The notes under the pieces are model-generated. The model did not search any database. It had not been told where the DNA came from and worked only from the letters and a program-made list of their open reading frames with translations. A stretch of 64,000 nt of DNA from Iphione sp. A-MEVVRFRX5 (Eukaryota): NCBI GenBank assembly GCA_976226885.1, contig OZ320313.1, positions 100,130,001 to 100,194,000 on the forward strand. The letters are read 5' to 3'. Positions 12,201 to 25,515 of this stretch are shown piece by piece. Positions within the stretch are counted from its first letter, which is position 1. Each line of letters starts with the position of its first letter. The position numbers were made by a program, and so were the translations under genes.

Positions 12201-14218
12201 CTGTTTCTCTTACATCTATGTAATATATATGTGTATGGATTTGCATTTATGTACATGTACAGCAATTCCAGAATGCCCAACTGGTAATTCGGTTTTTCAT
12301 AGCTACACAAGTCTGATTTGACTGACCATTTGGAGGGCCTAAAAACATGTTTAGAGTGATAGACATACATCTACATAATTACATGTACAGGATGTAATCA
12401 ACACATCACTTCGTAAGCAACATCAACCAAGGACATGGATAAGGAATAACAGTGAATATAGCACCAATTTAAAATGGGCTCTCTGCGTTAGTACTAACAG
12501 TTCAAATACAAGAAATGACAGCATTTGCGTGGCTATTAAGACATTAGCAAAACTACGGCGGAGTTACATGTTAAGCCAAGTTCCTGTCAGTCTAAGGAAT
12601 ATCCTTTAGGGCACACCAAACAGAAACAAATGGTGAAGATCAATGGCTCCTTAAGCCCGGGAAGCATTAGGATTGCCACGTAATTAGATTGGTACAGAGT
12701 AAATTTAACCCGAACAATTGGGCAGTACAACCGCTACTGGAAAAACAGAGATTTCCTTCATTGCTAATGAGTTTCTCAATTATTAGAAACAACCTACCAG
12801 GAGTATGCATGTACATGTAGATTTGCTTGTCAGCGATTTAGTCACCCCAAACATTTTCCAAATTTCTGCGTCTCCTCCTTTCTGAGCGGTTGATGTTCAA
12901 ATCATTGATGAGTTTTCCTCGACAGGTTTAAACAAAGATATTCTTGTATTTAGTTCATTATAAAATTACAGTCATTGAATACAATAGAATGCCACATTGT
13001 AACCACCCTTCTGTTCCGAGCTCAAGTGGTCACATTAGTGGTTTTGGTCGAAATATGGAAAGAGTGCTAAAAGTGCCAAATTTGACTGAATTTGACGAGT
13101 AAACAGTGCACCAAAACAGTGCATGGACATTTGAGAGGTCAGGCTAACAACTCGGCCCAGTATGTGATACTCAAATCCTATAGACACGGCCCTAAGACGT
13201 AGTCGCAGGTCGATTTGGCCATATTACAGCCTGGCCAAATTGTGTAATAATCTGCTACATAAGTTACCAGAGGCAAAATATTGTGTACCAAGCTTGTAGT
13301 TGTATAAATAGTTTTGGCTGCTATACAGTCTGGTTGTATAGTGGTATTTGACTGGGATGGGAATAAACAGGGATGTAAAGAACCATTAAACCCATCTATA
13401 TTGATGTTATCCCAAGAATGACACAAGTTGCCCAGACACAATGACCTGCTGTGTGACTTTGATGTCTTCTCGTGTGCCCACATCTTACACATAAATCTCT
13501 ACTCTAATATTAATCAGATGGTAATCAAAATGGGCAACCAGTAATTTGCAAGGGAAAGGAGCTTTCACTGTGTAAGAAGGCATACCAGAGAAGCTGTCTA
13601 CCATGTATAATACTTCGTAGTAAATTCTTCTACTCCTGGCTAATGTTTAGGCAATATATGCTTTCTGCAGAAGCATAATAAAGGAGTATGTATATGTTTT
13701 GCCATTGTGTACATGTATATTAGCTTTCCGATTTCCACGGATGTACCACCATGTTGATACCGTGATTTTTAGTGACTATTATTATGTACTCGAGTGATAC
13801 ATGGTAACAACATGTTGAAATGATAACACGGTAGCATGCTTCACAGCACTTCACAGCACCCAAACACAACAATGAAAACACGCTTACATGGAAATTTGGT
13901 CCAAATATAGACATATTTTTAAAATATATTCAACTCTCAGGCCAAATTACTGAGGAGACCAGACGAAGGCATCGACCAGTTTCATAAAACCAAAAAAGTA
14001 TACTGTATATATTTCTCTATAATAAAAGACAACAGAAGTGATCATGCGCCAACAGAGGCCAGGTTTCTCCAGCTTCATATGTGGTTCTGCAAGTAGGAGT
14101 TGACTGCGTACTCTTTATAAGAAACAATAGCTTGAGTTTCCTCATGTTACATATCTCGTAGATACTTGTGCATTGAGATATACGCGCAACAGAACGTCCT
14201 TGTAGCTTCTTGATGTAA

Positions 14219-14327
14219 CTACAGTGGAAACCCTCATAGGAAACCGATTTTGGGACTGGCTATGTTTGGTCTCTCACCTTTTTAGATCTCCCCCCGTGAT
14301 CTAGTCTTTAACTGAGTCTCTACCGTA
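14219..14327. mobile_element. Short TA-flanked MITE (Tc1/mariner-type ends)
   Basis: TACAGTGGAAACC ... GAGTCTCTACCGTA, imperfect TIRs. Confidence 0.5.
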
Positions 14328-17239
14328 TTGTTATACATGAACATGTACTACAGGTTTCTACTGCTCCTCCTTTATCATGCACCAGCAGAAGTGGCCCGTT
14401 CTGGATCACCACTGTGAAACATTAGCACGCAACTATGTAAGGTCAGGCTGGCCTTACCACTCTTGATGCTCGTAAATAGGACGGTCCTGAAAAAAAAAAT
14501 ATAATTGCAAATCTGCCTAGAAAATAGGTTACGTGCACATCTATAACGCATGTGGGCCCCTTGGTTTCAAACGTTTATGAAAGCCGTTTTAATTGGAAAA
14601 GGTGAGGCATAACCGACCAACACTAACGGGCAGATCCACTGAATGCCATTGGTGCTGTTCCTACGAAAAACGCCACTCGTTTGAAACCAAACAAGATGTT
14701 GCCTTGAAGAGTGATTTTCTTAGTTTCCGTTTTGCTGTTCAGGCATGTCTCCCAACAGCCACTCATGTTTCTTGGATTTTCATCCCTCTAATCCACGAGA
14801 GAGGATGTAAACGGCTCTACATCACCATAAATCAGCCGTGAGGATCTCCCGGTGTGGTCACAGCAGTAAGATTGGTCAATCCCTCATTTACAGCCCCGCA
14901 CCTCTTACTAAGAACTAGATAGATACTGTAAGTACCCTTTAAATTTAATAAGCAATAACGTGAAAGAAGGCACGCATTAGTTTTTACAAAAAAAAACAGC
15001 CTTCTGATAGTTACTAATTTCTTTTGTAATTGAGGCTCTCACTTTAGAAACACAAGGCACTCGAACACCTATAGAGAGCTGGCATGCGATGAGTATAATA
15101 TCAAAGTAGGTGTGAAGGGGGTATGACAGGTCGGCTGCCACCTTTAGTGAGAGAGTGTGACCGGTGTGATATTCCCCCGACTCTCCAACCCAGTAGGTAG
15201 GTGTGAGTTTCGAGAGAGTACGGGTGATGCCACACCTTCCTCCCCAGGGCCTTTTGCGTAACCTGATGCGATGAATTAAGTGCTCGCGGAACGGAAATAA
15301 GAGACGGGATAATAGATGCATGTATACAAATGGTTGGTCGGGACCATAAGGGTAATAGAAACTTTTAGACAGCCAGGGCCAGAAAGGGGCTTCTAGCTGT
15401 GAACATAAGAACATCAGGACTACACACTATTATGAGGGGAAAAACAATGGTCTTGGGAAAATATTAATTACACACAGCAGCACTTTCCTTCAGTTTGAAA
15501 AAATAGTCTCGATAAAAGGAAGCAGGTATCAAGTTTTCTGTTTGGTTCACCTACAACGAAGTTGGGAGCACAAAGTGCAGTGACGACTACCAACTCGACG
15601 AGGTTAGAGGGCACCATTTACACCTGCAGGTTATTGTGGCAGTGATTGCAATTCGTATCCTTTTTCTGTATGCATACGGAGTTCATATACGAAGGAAATC
15701 TATAGCGCCTTTGTGTGTCTATCTGTGTGTGTAAACGACTCTGTGAGGATGCGAAAGTCGCATTGGCTCAAGTCAGTTTTCTTTGTTATCGTGTCGAGCA
15801 GATTTTAATTATTTAAACACTTCAACAGAAAGTCAGTGAGAACCACTATTCTCCAATTTACACAACTATGCGTGTCAGAACTGAACCAGTCCTACAACTA
15901 AGATAGCCGTCCAAAGTGGTCCATTGTAGCTGTTCGAAAGGGCCAAGTGTCCCCCGTCTGGGGGTCCCTGCCCGTCAATTGGATGGGTAGGATTACTTGC
16001 ACTAACGTAATGGACTATAAACATCCCAAAACACCTGCTTTGTGTGGAAACTGGAAAAGCACTTGCAGGTATGTGGGAAAAATCGGTCAGTGTAAGTCCC
16101 CCCAACACTTTTAAACCAGTGCTACTAAACCTTAGCAGATAATGTCACATGAGTGTATTTTTATGTAGCTCTGAGATGATTTTTTGGCTTGAATTTTAGT
16201 AGTACTTTCAGTATTGATTCGACTGTAAATGAATACATGTATAGGTCCTATACATGTATAGGATTGGCTCCACCTCAGTAAGTTTGATGCTCACATTTTG
16301 TTTCTTTTTCTGGAGACGTACCCGAGGCCTGTAAGGCTGCCCTGTAGGTGTATCGTGAAAGAAAGTAATGTTGCACGTTGACTAAGCGGTCCACAACTTG
16401 CAATAAAGGCTATGGTTGGAAAAAATTCCGTCTTGTAAAAGAGGAACTCAGAAACCTATTTGAAGTAAGAGCAGTGGACAACAAAAGTATTCTGGTCTCT
16501 CGGTAAGAGATGGCAGTATGCGACCCCAGGACAACATAGTAGAAGCAGTGAAAGGGAGCTGGATGTCTAGGTTCTCGTTACAGATGAAATGAAATAAATA
16601 CAAAATATCAGCCGAGGGTATGGCCTGCCGCAGGCAGTTTTCAGCCAGAAATGACCATACCCTTTGCTTATGTAGACACATTAGGATATCATATTCTGCC
16701 GACATTCCCCTGAGGAAACAAGTAAGACCAAAACGAGAACTTAAAAGTGTATCACGAGAACAGGTCAGACATTGCCTTAGGTACAACAAAAGACATTTGT
16801 TTGGATTTTCATTCTTTTCCTCCTCATGTTGGACAGCAAAACGCCTCGTACCTTCAGGGGCTTAGCGTCTTACTTGCCTGACTTTCTCACCCTTTAACTA
16901 GCGAAGCTTGCAATTCAATGGTAGCATTACGTAAACCCTATTTCAACATATTTCTCTTGTGCTGGTCCATGTTTTTATTAACAGACAGCTATAATTTAGG
17001 TTCTAAAACTTGTCAGGTTCGCTGATAGATTTGTTCTTCTGGTCAAGATGAGGATATTTATATTTTGAAGTAACGAGGGAAAAACGTGTTACTATTTCAC
17101 GAGGAAAGACCTTAGAGTCCACGACATAACACCAAGATGGAAACCAGATAAGATGAGGCCACAGGCGAAAAGAGTCAGTTTTCGTCTTGTCAAACAACCA
17201 ACAAAAACCGTATTTTGTATGACTTCTTTAATCTGAATA

Positions 17240-17369
17240 TACAGCCATCTTAGGGACATGTCTGTAAAAGGGATATGGCTCTAATAGGGACACTTGTGCG
17301 AAAAGCAGATATTGTTTACTTTTAAAAAGAATAAACCAAGTGTGTCCTAATTAGAGACTTTCCATTGTA
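17240..17369. mobile_element. Inverted, internally deleted copy of the 22929 MITE
   Basis: ttagggaca..ctctaatagggacact..aaccaagtgtgtcctaattagagactttccattgta aligns with the reverse complement of 22929-23106. Confidence 0.75.
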
Positions 17370-18829
17370 TATCTTTATTATATATATATATGCGGATTCG
17401 ACACGCAGAAACAAAAGAAAATCGTATGATTTCTGCTGTTAAGTCTCTGCTTGGGCCTTTCTGAAATTAGTCATAGCCAACGTAGGCGATGCATCTGTCC
17501 TCTCCATTCACCCCCCCCCCCCGCTTGTCATTGTAGGACAGTGACACGACAATGAATTATACAGCAGGTCAGTCTTGGCAGATGTCCGGGTTTTCCTGCT
17601 GCCGTCAATCGATTTGCATTAGGTCGTGGGTTGGTGTCAGACCTGCCCCTGTAAATATTTCAGCTTGCCCCTGGCCCCTTCTATAAGTAGGACTCCGCAG
17701 TCTCTGGGCACGAACATACAACTGTGTCCCCGGCACAAATATGTGATTTTTGTTGTTGCGCCTACACGTTAATTAGAGCAGCCTCGCGCGGATCCAGAAT
17801 GGCTGTCGGGAAGCAGACTATACGTACAAAGTGCCTAAATAGATTTTCGCCATCTCTCTGTGTTTTATCTTGAAAGTGGCTGTTACCAGAGCGGGCTTCT
17901 TTCCGTTATAAACACTATAATTGACTAATCGCCTACCATCAGTCGAAAACGTTTGCAAAATATATCGTCATTAAACTGAAATAGTCATGTCGCTGTGCGG
18001 AATGCATTAAGCACTCAAATGGCAAAGGCTAAAGTAATAAACTGCTTTGGTGCTTGAAACTGAAAAAGGATGTCATCAAAAACGTCTGACCACAGAGTTA
18101 AGTAACTGTGTTGAAAATAGTGTCTAGAGTGGCGTTTTTTTCCTCTCCAGGTTCTTTAGAAGAGCCCCTTTCAAGTCAGGCCTATCATTTTTATGACACT
18201 GGTGTTGTTAGTCTGCCTTTTGTTGTCTTAATGTTATTTAAGTGAAAAGAAATTGAACAAATACATCGTTTCTTTTTGCAACAGATGTATTTGCTTGGAG
18301 CTGGGAGAAAGACATATCGCCTATGTAAATACAATCAGATGACGAAAAGATTTTTTTTAATGATACAAGAAAGTATCTATAGTAAAGGAGAGACAACTGA
18401 TGTAGAACGGCAAAATCTGTTTCAAAACATTTCATCTGTCACAATTAGTTTATCTTATTCGTAGAGATGAACTATGTCTGAGTGTAGAAAGATGTAGAAA
18501 ATATACAATCACCATTTTTATAGTACCTTTTCGCACGTCGCGGTCTCTTTCAGAATAACTTCTGTGCAAAGGCCATGACTGAAGGAGCAAGAAGCTTAAT
18601 AGAAACAAACACATACCACAGATGTATCTGTTACCAGTTTGGTAATTCAAGCAGACTTTCCGAGGAAAGCTCACGATGCTGACTGGTGTTCATTCGATAT
18701 GATGAAGGAGAATTTTGACTGATGGAGAAAATTCTCACATGTGGCGCCTTCAGAATACCCCCTCCCCTAGCGACGTTAAAGAAAACACCACCAGGAGTCG
18801 AACACGGCGTTTGTTCGCCCCATACGGAA

Positions 18830-18935
18830 TATATAAAGAGGATCTGGTTGGTATACTCTTCGAAGAGAAAGAAAAAAATATTTCGTCCAGAGTTTGTTTA
18901 TGCTATCCAGGCATTCCGTTGATAAATAGGTAAAA
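18830..18935 (+). promoter_or_regulatory. Candidate TATA promoter and non-coding first exon, possibly of the CRP gene
   Basis: TATATAAAG at 18830-18838 and donor AG|GTAAAA at 18929/18930. The CRP ATG exon starts with an acceptor (28211-28212), so an upstream non-coding exon is likely. The link between the two is inference. Confidence 0.25.
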
Positions 18936-20411
18936 AGGACCTAGGTCTATGGCAGGGTCGAGTGTCAAGTCAAGCGTGTCTGATTTATTCCCATACTCTT
19001 GCTTTTATATCTGCCGACTACACCTCAAAAGGGACTCCTACGCCTGATCCACTTCTACTTGAATGATATCACGACATCATGCCTCGTACATGTATATATG
19101 TTCAAACGTGTACATATAAGGCCAAAGTGGGCTAGTTTTGATGGCAATGCATAGTCTGGCTTAAATGTATACATATGTAACACATGATGAATGTACGTGT
19201 ACCTATATATATGGGAAGAGTGAAGGTCAGTTTACGGCCATTTCCATCAGTTAAAGTTACTTTCCTTTAAAGTGTACTTGTGCTCACAGGTTTCTTCCAC
19301 TCGTTCGTGTCCGTTCACGTATAGCCCACATGCATTGACTTATTTCGATCATTCTAATCATGCAAGGTATCAGGTCATTCAGTTGTGGGGGCAAGACCTC
19401 CATATTTACAGCGTCGTCTTTAACCAATCCTATTTGATGTGGTTTGATTTTTGTGGGGGGAGGGAGGCGAGGGGGTCTTTTATAGTAATGTCCTTTCAAC
19501 TTACAAATAGTTCATGAAAGGGAGGAAAATGAGAATAGCACTTCGTTCAGACTGGCTTGATGGCAACATGTGTTTGTGTGTGTATGTGTGTGCATGTACA
19601 TGTATGTGTGCTATGTGCGTGCAGATAATGTGATAATGTATGCTGACATACAGGCGCCAGTTTACCAGCATGTTAAGGATGATCTCAGTGCACCAAAGTA
19701 TGATTATCAGCGGTAATATACTATCCAGTAGTTCTTCGGTTTCGTCTACTCAAATGCGTTTTGTCCTCTCTCCCAAGAGAGGGCAAAACGTCCGACTCGA
19801 CATCCTTTGATTTCAGGGTTCAGCGATAATGAAGAAAATGTAGAATACATGTATTGTTCCTAGTCACCCGCATGTGCAGAATCACAACTAACGAAGCTTA
19901 TTATATCAATAGTGCGGGACGGTTTCGACATGTTTAATGGGAAGGGTGGGGGCTAACTGCATGTATGTGAACTTACGGGGATGGAGGGGAGGGGCACTGA
20001 AAATCTCTACTCCATAGGTAATAGAGCATATCGCTTTTCGCTTATCAGTTTTCTTTGCTGCCAGCAAATGTCCCTCTAGATATGATGAGGACTATGGAGG
20101 CTTCGGTAAAGAATAATAATTTCCACACACATACATACTTACATACACACATGCCAACCTGTCAGTATGGGAGATGGGGAGGACAGTACATTCACCTCCC
20201 GCCCCCCTCACCTTCTACTCCCATGCGTGTGCATGATTGCTACCCGTATTTGAACATTAATTATAGCTCTTACATAAATTAGTTCCAGTTGCGGATCCCA
20301 TATTTCTGTATAGATTTCTGAACTGATGGATTTCCAGTATGAACTGGTATTACTTGGGCTGTCCAGTCCGCACCTTCATGTACATAAAACCACAGCTGTA
20401 ACTTAATCATA

Positions 20412-21265
20412 CAGGAGAAACTCGCTTTGCGACCTCCTCACTTTGCGACCAAATCGACTATTGCGACCATTTTTGGTCGGAACGGAATTATTCTCAGTAC
20501 ATATCCTATATGAGAGGAACTCACTTTGCGACCATATTGCTTTCCGACCAAATTCACCGTACGACCACATCTCCTAGGGTCGTTTTTAGTACATTTTAAT
20601 ATCACTTTGCGACCGCCCAGCCTGGAGGGGTCTGGAGGGGTCAACGGGGACGTCTTTGATGGTCTCTCACCCTGGAGGGGTGAGGCCAAGAGTGGTCGCG
20701 GGCGTCAACTTCGACGACTTTGATGGTCTCTCACCCTGGAGAGGGTTGGCCGGGGTGGTCGCGGGCGTCAACGGGGACGACATTGATGGTCTCTCACCCT
20801 GGAGAGGGTTGGCCGGGGTGGTCGCGGGTGTCAAAGGCGACCTCTTTGATGGTCTATCACCCTGGAGGGGTGAGGCCGGCAGTGGTCAAGGGCGTCAACG
20901 GCGACCTCTTTGATGGTCTCTCACCCTGGAGGGGTGAGGCCAGCAGTGGTTGAGGGAGTCAACGGCGACCTCTCTGATCTCTCATCTCTTTGAGTCACTT
21001 TTAGTCATCAAATTCAGCACTTTTTGGACTTAAAGCCATCAAATTCAGCACTTTTTGGACTTTTAGTCATCAAATTCAGCACTTTTTGGACCTAAAGTCA
21101 TCAAATTCAGCACTTTTTGGACGTTTCATATGTTAATAAAGAGAGAGGGAGAAAGGGATATGATTTCAAGCCCAGACCCCCATACACAATCACTTTGCGA
21201 CCATATTCAGAATTACGACCATTTTGGGCCGACCCAAGTGGTGGTTGCAAAGCGAGTTTCCCCTG
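20412..21265. mobile_element. 854-bp TA-flanked MITE carrying 63-bp and 31-bp minisatellites
   Basis: TIRs CAGGAGAAACTCGCTTTGCGACC / GGTTGCAAAGCGAGTTTCCCCTG with TA on both sides; repeated CACTTTGCGACC subterminal motifs. 63-64 bp unit at 20658, 20722, 20785, 20848, 20912; 31-bp unit at 21006, 21037, 21068, 21099. Confidence 0.9.
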
Positions 21266-22928
21266 TATTTAACTTGCTTCGGGACTTGGTCATTCAATTT
21301 AGAGAAGACATTTTGTTTACACGTATTGTGCTTTTCCCTCGGTTCCATGTTAAAATTAACCGATGACCCAGCTATGGAAACTTCTGTACAAGAAACAGAT
21401 CTAGTTTGGTTAAGTGGGGTTGACTGTACATATAGTTGTATTATTGATTATGTACAATGAAATGCATATCGCCCTGGGAGATATTTTCAATGTCCTGAAT
21501 TGCAACCAGAATTTTTACAAGACATTATGGTTACCAGGACATTCCTGTCTTTATTCTAGTTAAGTCATTGATACATTGCATCCAACAATCCCGTGAAGTC
21601 TACCTGGCAGGCACCCTGTTTCCTTTCCATATGACTTGAGGCCAAACCCGCAGACTCATTGTGAGGAGACCGAAGCTTACAGTCAGGGTTGGCCGAGAGC
21701 CAGAAGGTGGGGGTGGTGATGGGGTGTGGTTTGGGGGGAGGGGGTTGTGGACTCAATGCCTGGAGCACTCTTGGTGTGTCCCCACTAGGCGGGATCACAA
21801 ATGGCAACTTCAGATGCGAGAGACAGTCCGACGTACATACAGAACTCGGCACAATGGCGGACATGGGGAATGTAAGGCAAATATCTTGAAAACATGGAAA
21901 GAGTTGCAGTGCTACTGCTGTAGGAATCAAAGGCCAAATAATACAAAGAATCACTTCATTGGTACAGAGAACTTCAAGGCATGACAGGGGGAGCCGTATG
22001 AGGACCATCTGTATTCTGTGTCGATGTATACGGCTTTAGCAATGTAAAATTTAGAAAAGAGAGAAGAAGAGAGGGGGACCAATTGTCCAATGCCCGTGTG
22101 TCTATGTCTATTGTCCGTTTGCCTCAGTGCACTCCATCTATTGGAATAGGTCCATTTCCAAGGAATACGGCGTCCATGTTGTTCCAGGCAAAAGATATGG
22201 GCACTTGAAAAGTTGGCCTTACTCCCCAAAAGTTTACATGAATGGTGTTGGTTTTATTACAAAAGTGTAAATACCACAACCTTTAGGATGAACATCGCAA
22301 ACTTCTATATGTACTATGCAACTGCCTTTATAGCAGTGCAGTTGTCAGTAACTATTAGTACACTCATGCTAAGGTTTCCGCCGATTACATGGCCGCAATA
22401 ATTCTCTCAGCTGTAATATGGGCCTACTTGTATCATTGGTAAATGAGATAACCACTTCATCTTTGTATAATTACAATTATCCGTGTAATTTTTTCTACCA
22501 CCCTCATGGTAATTATTGTCGATTGTGTGTGGAGAATTGCTGATCTGTTCTTGAGGTTGCTGGCCCGCCGCCTAAACCGGTCCCCCAGAATCATTAGCCT
22601 CCTTAGACCTAACCAAGAGGTTAATAAAAGTGTTAACACAAAAGTGGATAAGAAGAAATGACTTTCTGGCCCTTAGTGAACAAGCAACATGACTCCAAGA
22701 AGGATTTACAGTAGAAACCTTCTGATGCAACCCACTGGAGTGACCAGCCAATTCTGCCCTTAAGGGCTGCTTTCGATACCTATGTTGGTATCTGCGGAGT
22801 ATCCTTTGGTATCTGTGTGTATTGGTATGCACTTTTTGTCCACACAGCCTCACGGATAGTGGTGTCTATTGAGGCTGCATGAAAAACGTTGAAAATTATG
22901 GCAAAAATGATGAAAAAGGACAAATATA

Positions 22929-23106
22929 CAGTGGAAAGTCTCTAATCAGGACACCCTTGGTTCTGTCCCAAAGTGTCCCTATTTGAGACGTGTCCCTATT
23001 AGAGGCTTCATTTAATATAGAACAAATAGGATCTGTTCTTCTCAAGAGTGTCCCTATTAGACACTTGTCCTTATTGGAGATGTGTCCCTAAGGTGGCTTT
23101 CCACTG
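22929..23106. mobile_element. 178-bp TA-flanked MITE (Tc1/mariner-pogo type) without cargo
   Basis: TA|CAGTGGAAAG ... CTTTCCACTG|TA with repeated GTGTCCCTATT motifs. Diverged relative near 26690-26840. Confidence 0.85.
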
Positions 23107-23589
23107 TAATGCTATAAGCTATGAAAAAAGCAAAAATGATGGGCAAAATTATGAAAAAGGATGAATATGATCCTAAAACACATGAAAAATGGCAAAAATG
23201 ATTGAAAAAATTATGTTAAGGGACAATTGGTGCGTAAATGTGCGTAAAAGATGCTGAAAAGTTAGCAAAAGTAAGTAAAAATGAGGAAATGTGAGGAAAT
23301 ATGCCTACCTTTACCTGATACATAGCATGTATCCTCTATGCTACAGTGCGTTTGGGGTCTGTGTGTGTCACATTATCAGACAGTGACTGTTAATGGACAA
23401 CGAATACCAAATGCACACCAATGGACACATATAACCCAGCCAAAACAGAAACGTTTTAAAAACACTCTAGAAACATTGCTTTAAACGTTCTGAAAACGTT
23501 TTAAATGAAAGTTTGTATAATGTTTTCCTAACGTTTTTAGAATGTTTTCCAAAAACCTTTTTAGAACCTTTTTGAAAAAAGTGCACCAA

Positions 23590-23672
23590 CAGCCTAAGCA
23601 GGGTTTGAAACCAGTTCTCCACACAGTGAACTAGGCTAGGCTAGCACTCATATCCCCTGTACCACAGACGCT
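23590..23672 (-). mobile_element. tRNA-derived SINE head (degenerate)
   Basis: Minus strand has A-box-like TGGTACAGGGG and B-box-like GGTTTCAAACCC at tRNA-like spacing; lies within an AAACGTTT-rich repeat (23435-24480). Confidence 0.45.
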
Positions 23673-23702
23673 GTACACATGTTGTAGCATGACTTTGACA
23701 GG

Positions 23703-23975
23703 AATTAAATGCATCTTTAGCATGCCCTCTAGATATATTTACCACTTTTTCATAAATTCAATACATCTTTAGCCAAACCTCCAGTAATATTTGGCACTTT
23801 TCATAAATGTATTTTTAGCATGACCTGCAGAAATATTTACCACTTTTTCATAAATTACATCTTGAACCAAACCTCCAGTAATATTTGCCATTTATTTAAT
23901 AAATTAAGCACATCTTTTGCATGACCTCCATTAAAATTTGCCAGATTTTCATAAATTAAATGCATCTTTAGCACA
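23703..23975. repeat. ~50-bp tandem repeat with alternating A/B variants
   Basis: A: gcatctttagcatg.cct..ag.aatatttaccactttttcataaatt; B: acatctttagccaaacctccagtaatatttggcacttttcataaat; order approximately A-B-A-B-A. Confidence 0.8.
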
Positions 23976-25515
23976 GCCTCCGATTTTTTTCTGTTGATTA
24001 ATGTGTTGGGGTGACCACCTTCCTCTTCTTGTTCACATTTCAAGTCCTCAAGCCTCTACCCCTATCCTCACACCTCCTCAAGTGCTACCCCCATCCTTCA
24101 GCATCCTCCTGTCGCTCCTACAAGTCTCAACAAGCCTACATGGGCTCCTCCAGACTTGGGTGTCCTGATGTTGCTCATAGAAGTCCCCACACTTCATCAG
24201 ATGGTACTCCTATCCTAGACCATCCTCCTGTCACTCCTACAAGTCCCCACAGAAGGTTCCACATCTCTCCAGATGCTACCCTCACCCTTGGCCGTCCTCC
24301 TGTTGCTGTTAGAAGTCCCACCCTCCCCGCACCTACCCCACCTTTGAAATGTTAGGAGACTACGTTTTTAAAATGTTTTAAAAGGTTACAAACGTTTTAA
24401 CGTAATGAAAACGTTTTAAGAAAGTTACAAACGTTTTAAGAAAGTTACAAACGTTTTAACCAAATAAATACATTATAAAAGGTTGTGCGCTGCCTGTGAA
24501 GACATCCCACATTGTAATCAATACGATCTATAAAAATGGACCCCAGTGCAGCCCAACACACATGGACAGCCCAATGCACATGGATGCAATACACAGATAT
24601 GGAAACCAGCCCTAATAGAGAGGTGCCCTCCTTGTAGAGTTGTTCTTATATACTGTATAGTCCTAAGACAAACTAAATTGCCCTTAAGTTGATCCTCAGA
24701 GGGTGAGTTTCTACTGTAACTTAGCATAGATCTTCAGATCATGCTCTAGGCTAATATTAGTCAAGGGAACCAAGGGTGGTCCCAGTTGCAGAGGCCGTAC
24801 TATAATCATAGTTTGGTGTTCACGCGGTTCATTTCGTATTTAGAACGAACAGGAACTTATAATGAGCTGAATTAGTCTTGTCCTGAATGATAATGCCTAC
24901 ATAGAGATAAAAACACATTATTGAAAGCTTAATTGCTATGGAAATTCCATTATGAAAGAGAATGAGTTTGATATACAGTAAAAACTCACTACAGCAGACA
25001 TCGGTAGGGCCGCCATCAGTGCATCCAGAGAAGGTAGTGTCCACTCTACCTAAGCTACCTCTTCTCCCTCTCTCTCTCTACTTGAACAGTAGGGGGGTCA
25101 AACTTGGAAATGATATCCCCTTCTCCCTCTTGTTCACAGGCCGAATTTACGTGAATTTCACCATTTTTCTGCTGAATTTATGTGAATTTTGCCGTTTGGG
25201 GGCTGTTTTTTTTCATAGTGAATGTCACTATTACCACTGGTGTTAGGGAGGAGTGGTCAGGCTTACACCTATAGCCACACCTTAGAAAATGAATTAAGCT
25301 CAAACGTTCTGTTTAGGGAGGAGTGATCATGCTAATACCTCTGCCCACATCTTAGACACCCACAAGGGTGTTAGTGGTGAGCTCATGCCTCTCCCACCTG
25401 TGGATATCCTTCCTCCAGGGATTCTGTCTGCTGTAAACCCTGTAAAATAGGCTTTGGGGACTGTAAAGTGGGTGTCCAGAGGTATATGACAGCCCTGACC
25501 CAACCATCTGACTAA

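Noticed and set aside
20526-20953. Repetitive ORFs such as DGLSPWRG repeats
   Set aside because: Translations of the 63-bp minisatellite inside a MITE; unit length varies between 63 and 64 bp, breaking frame.
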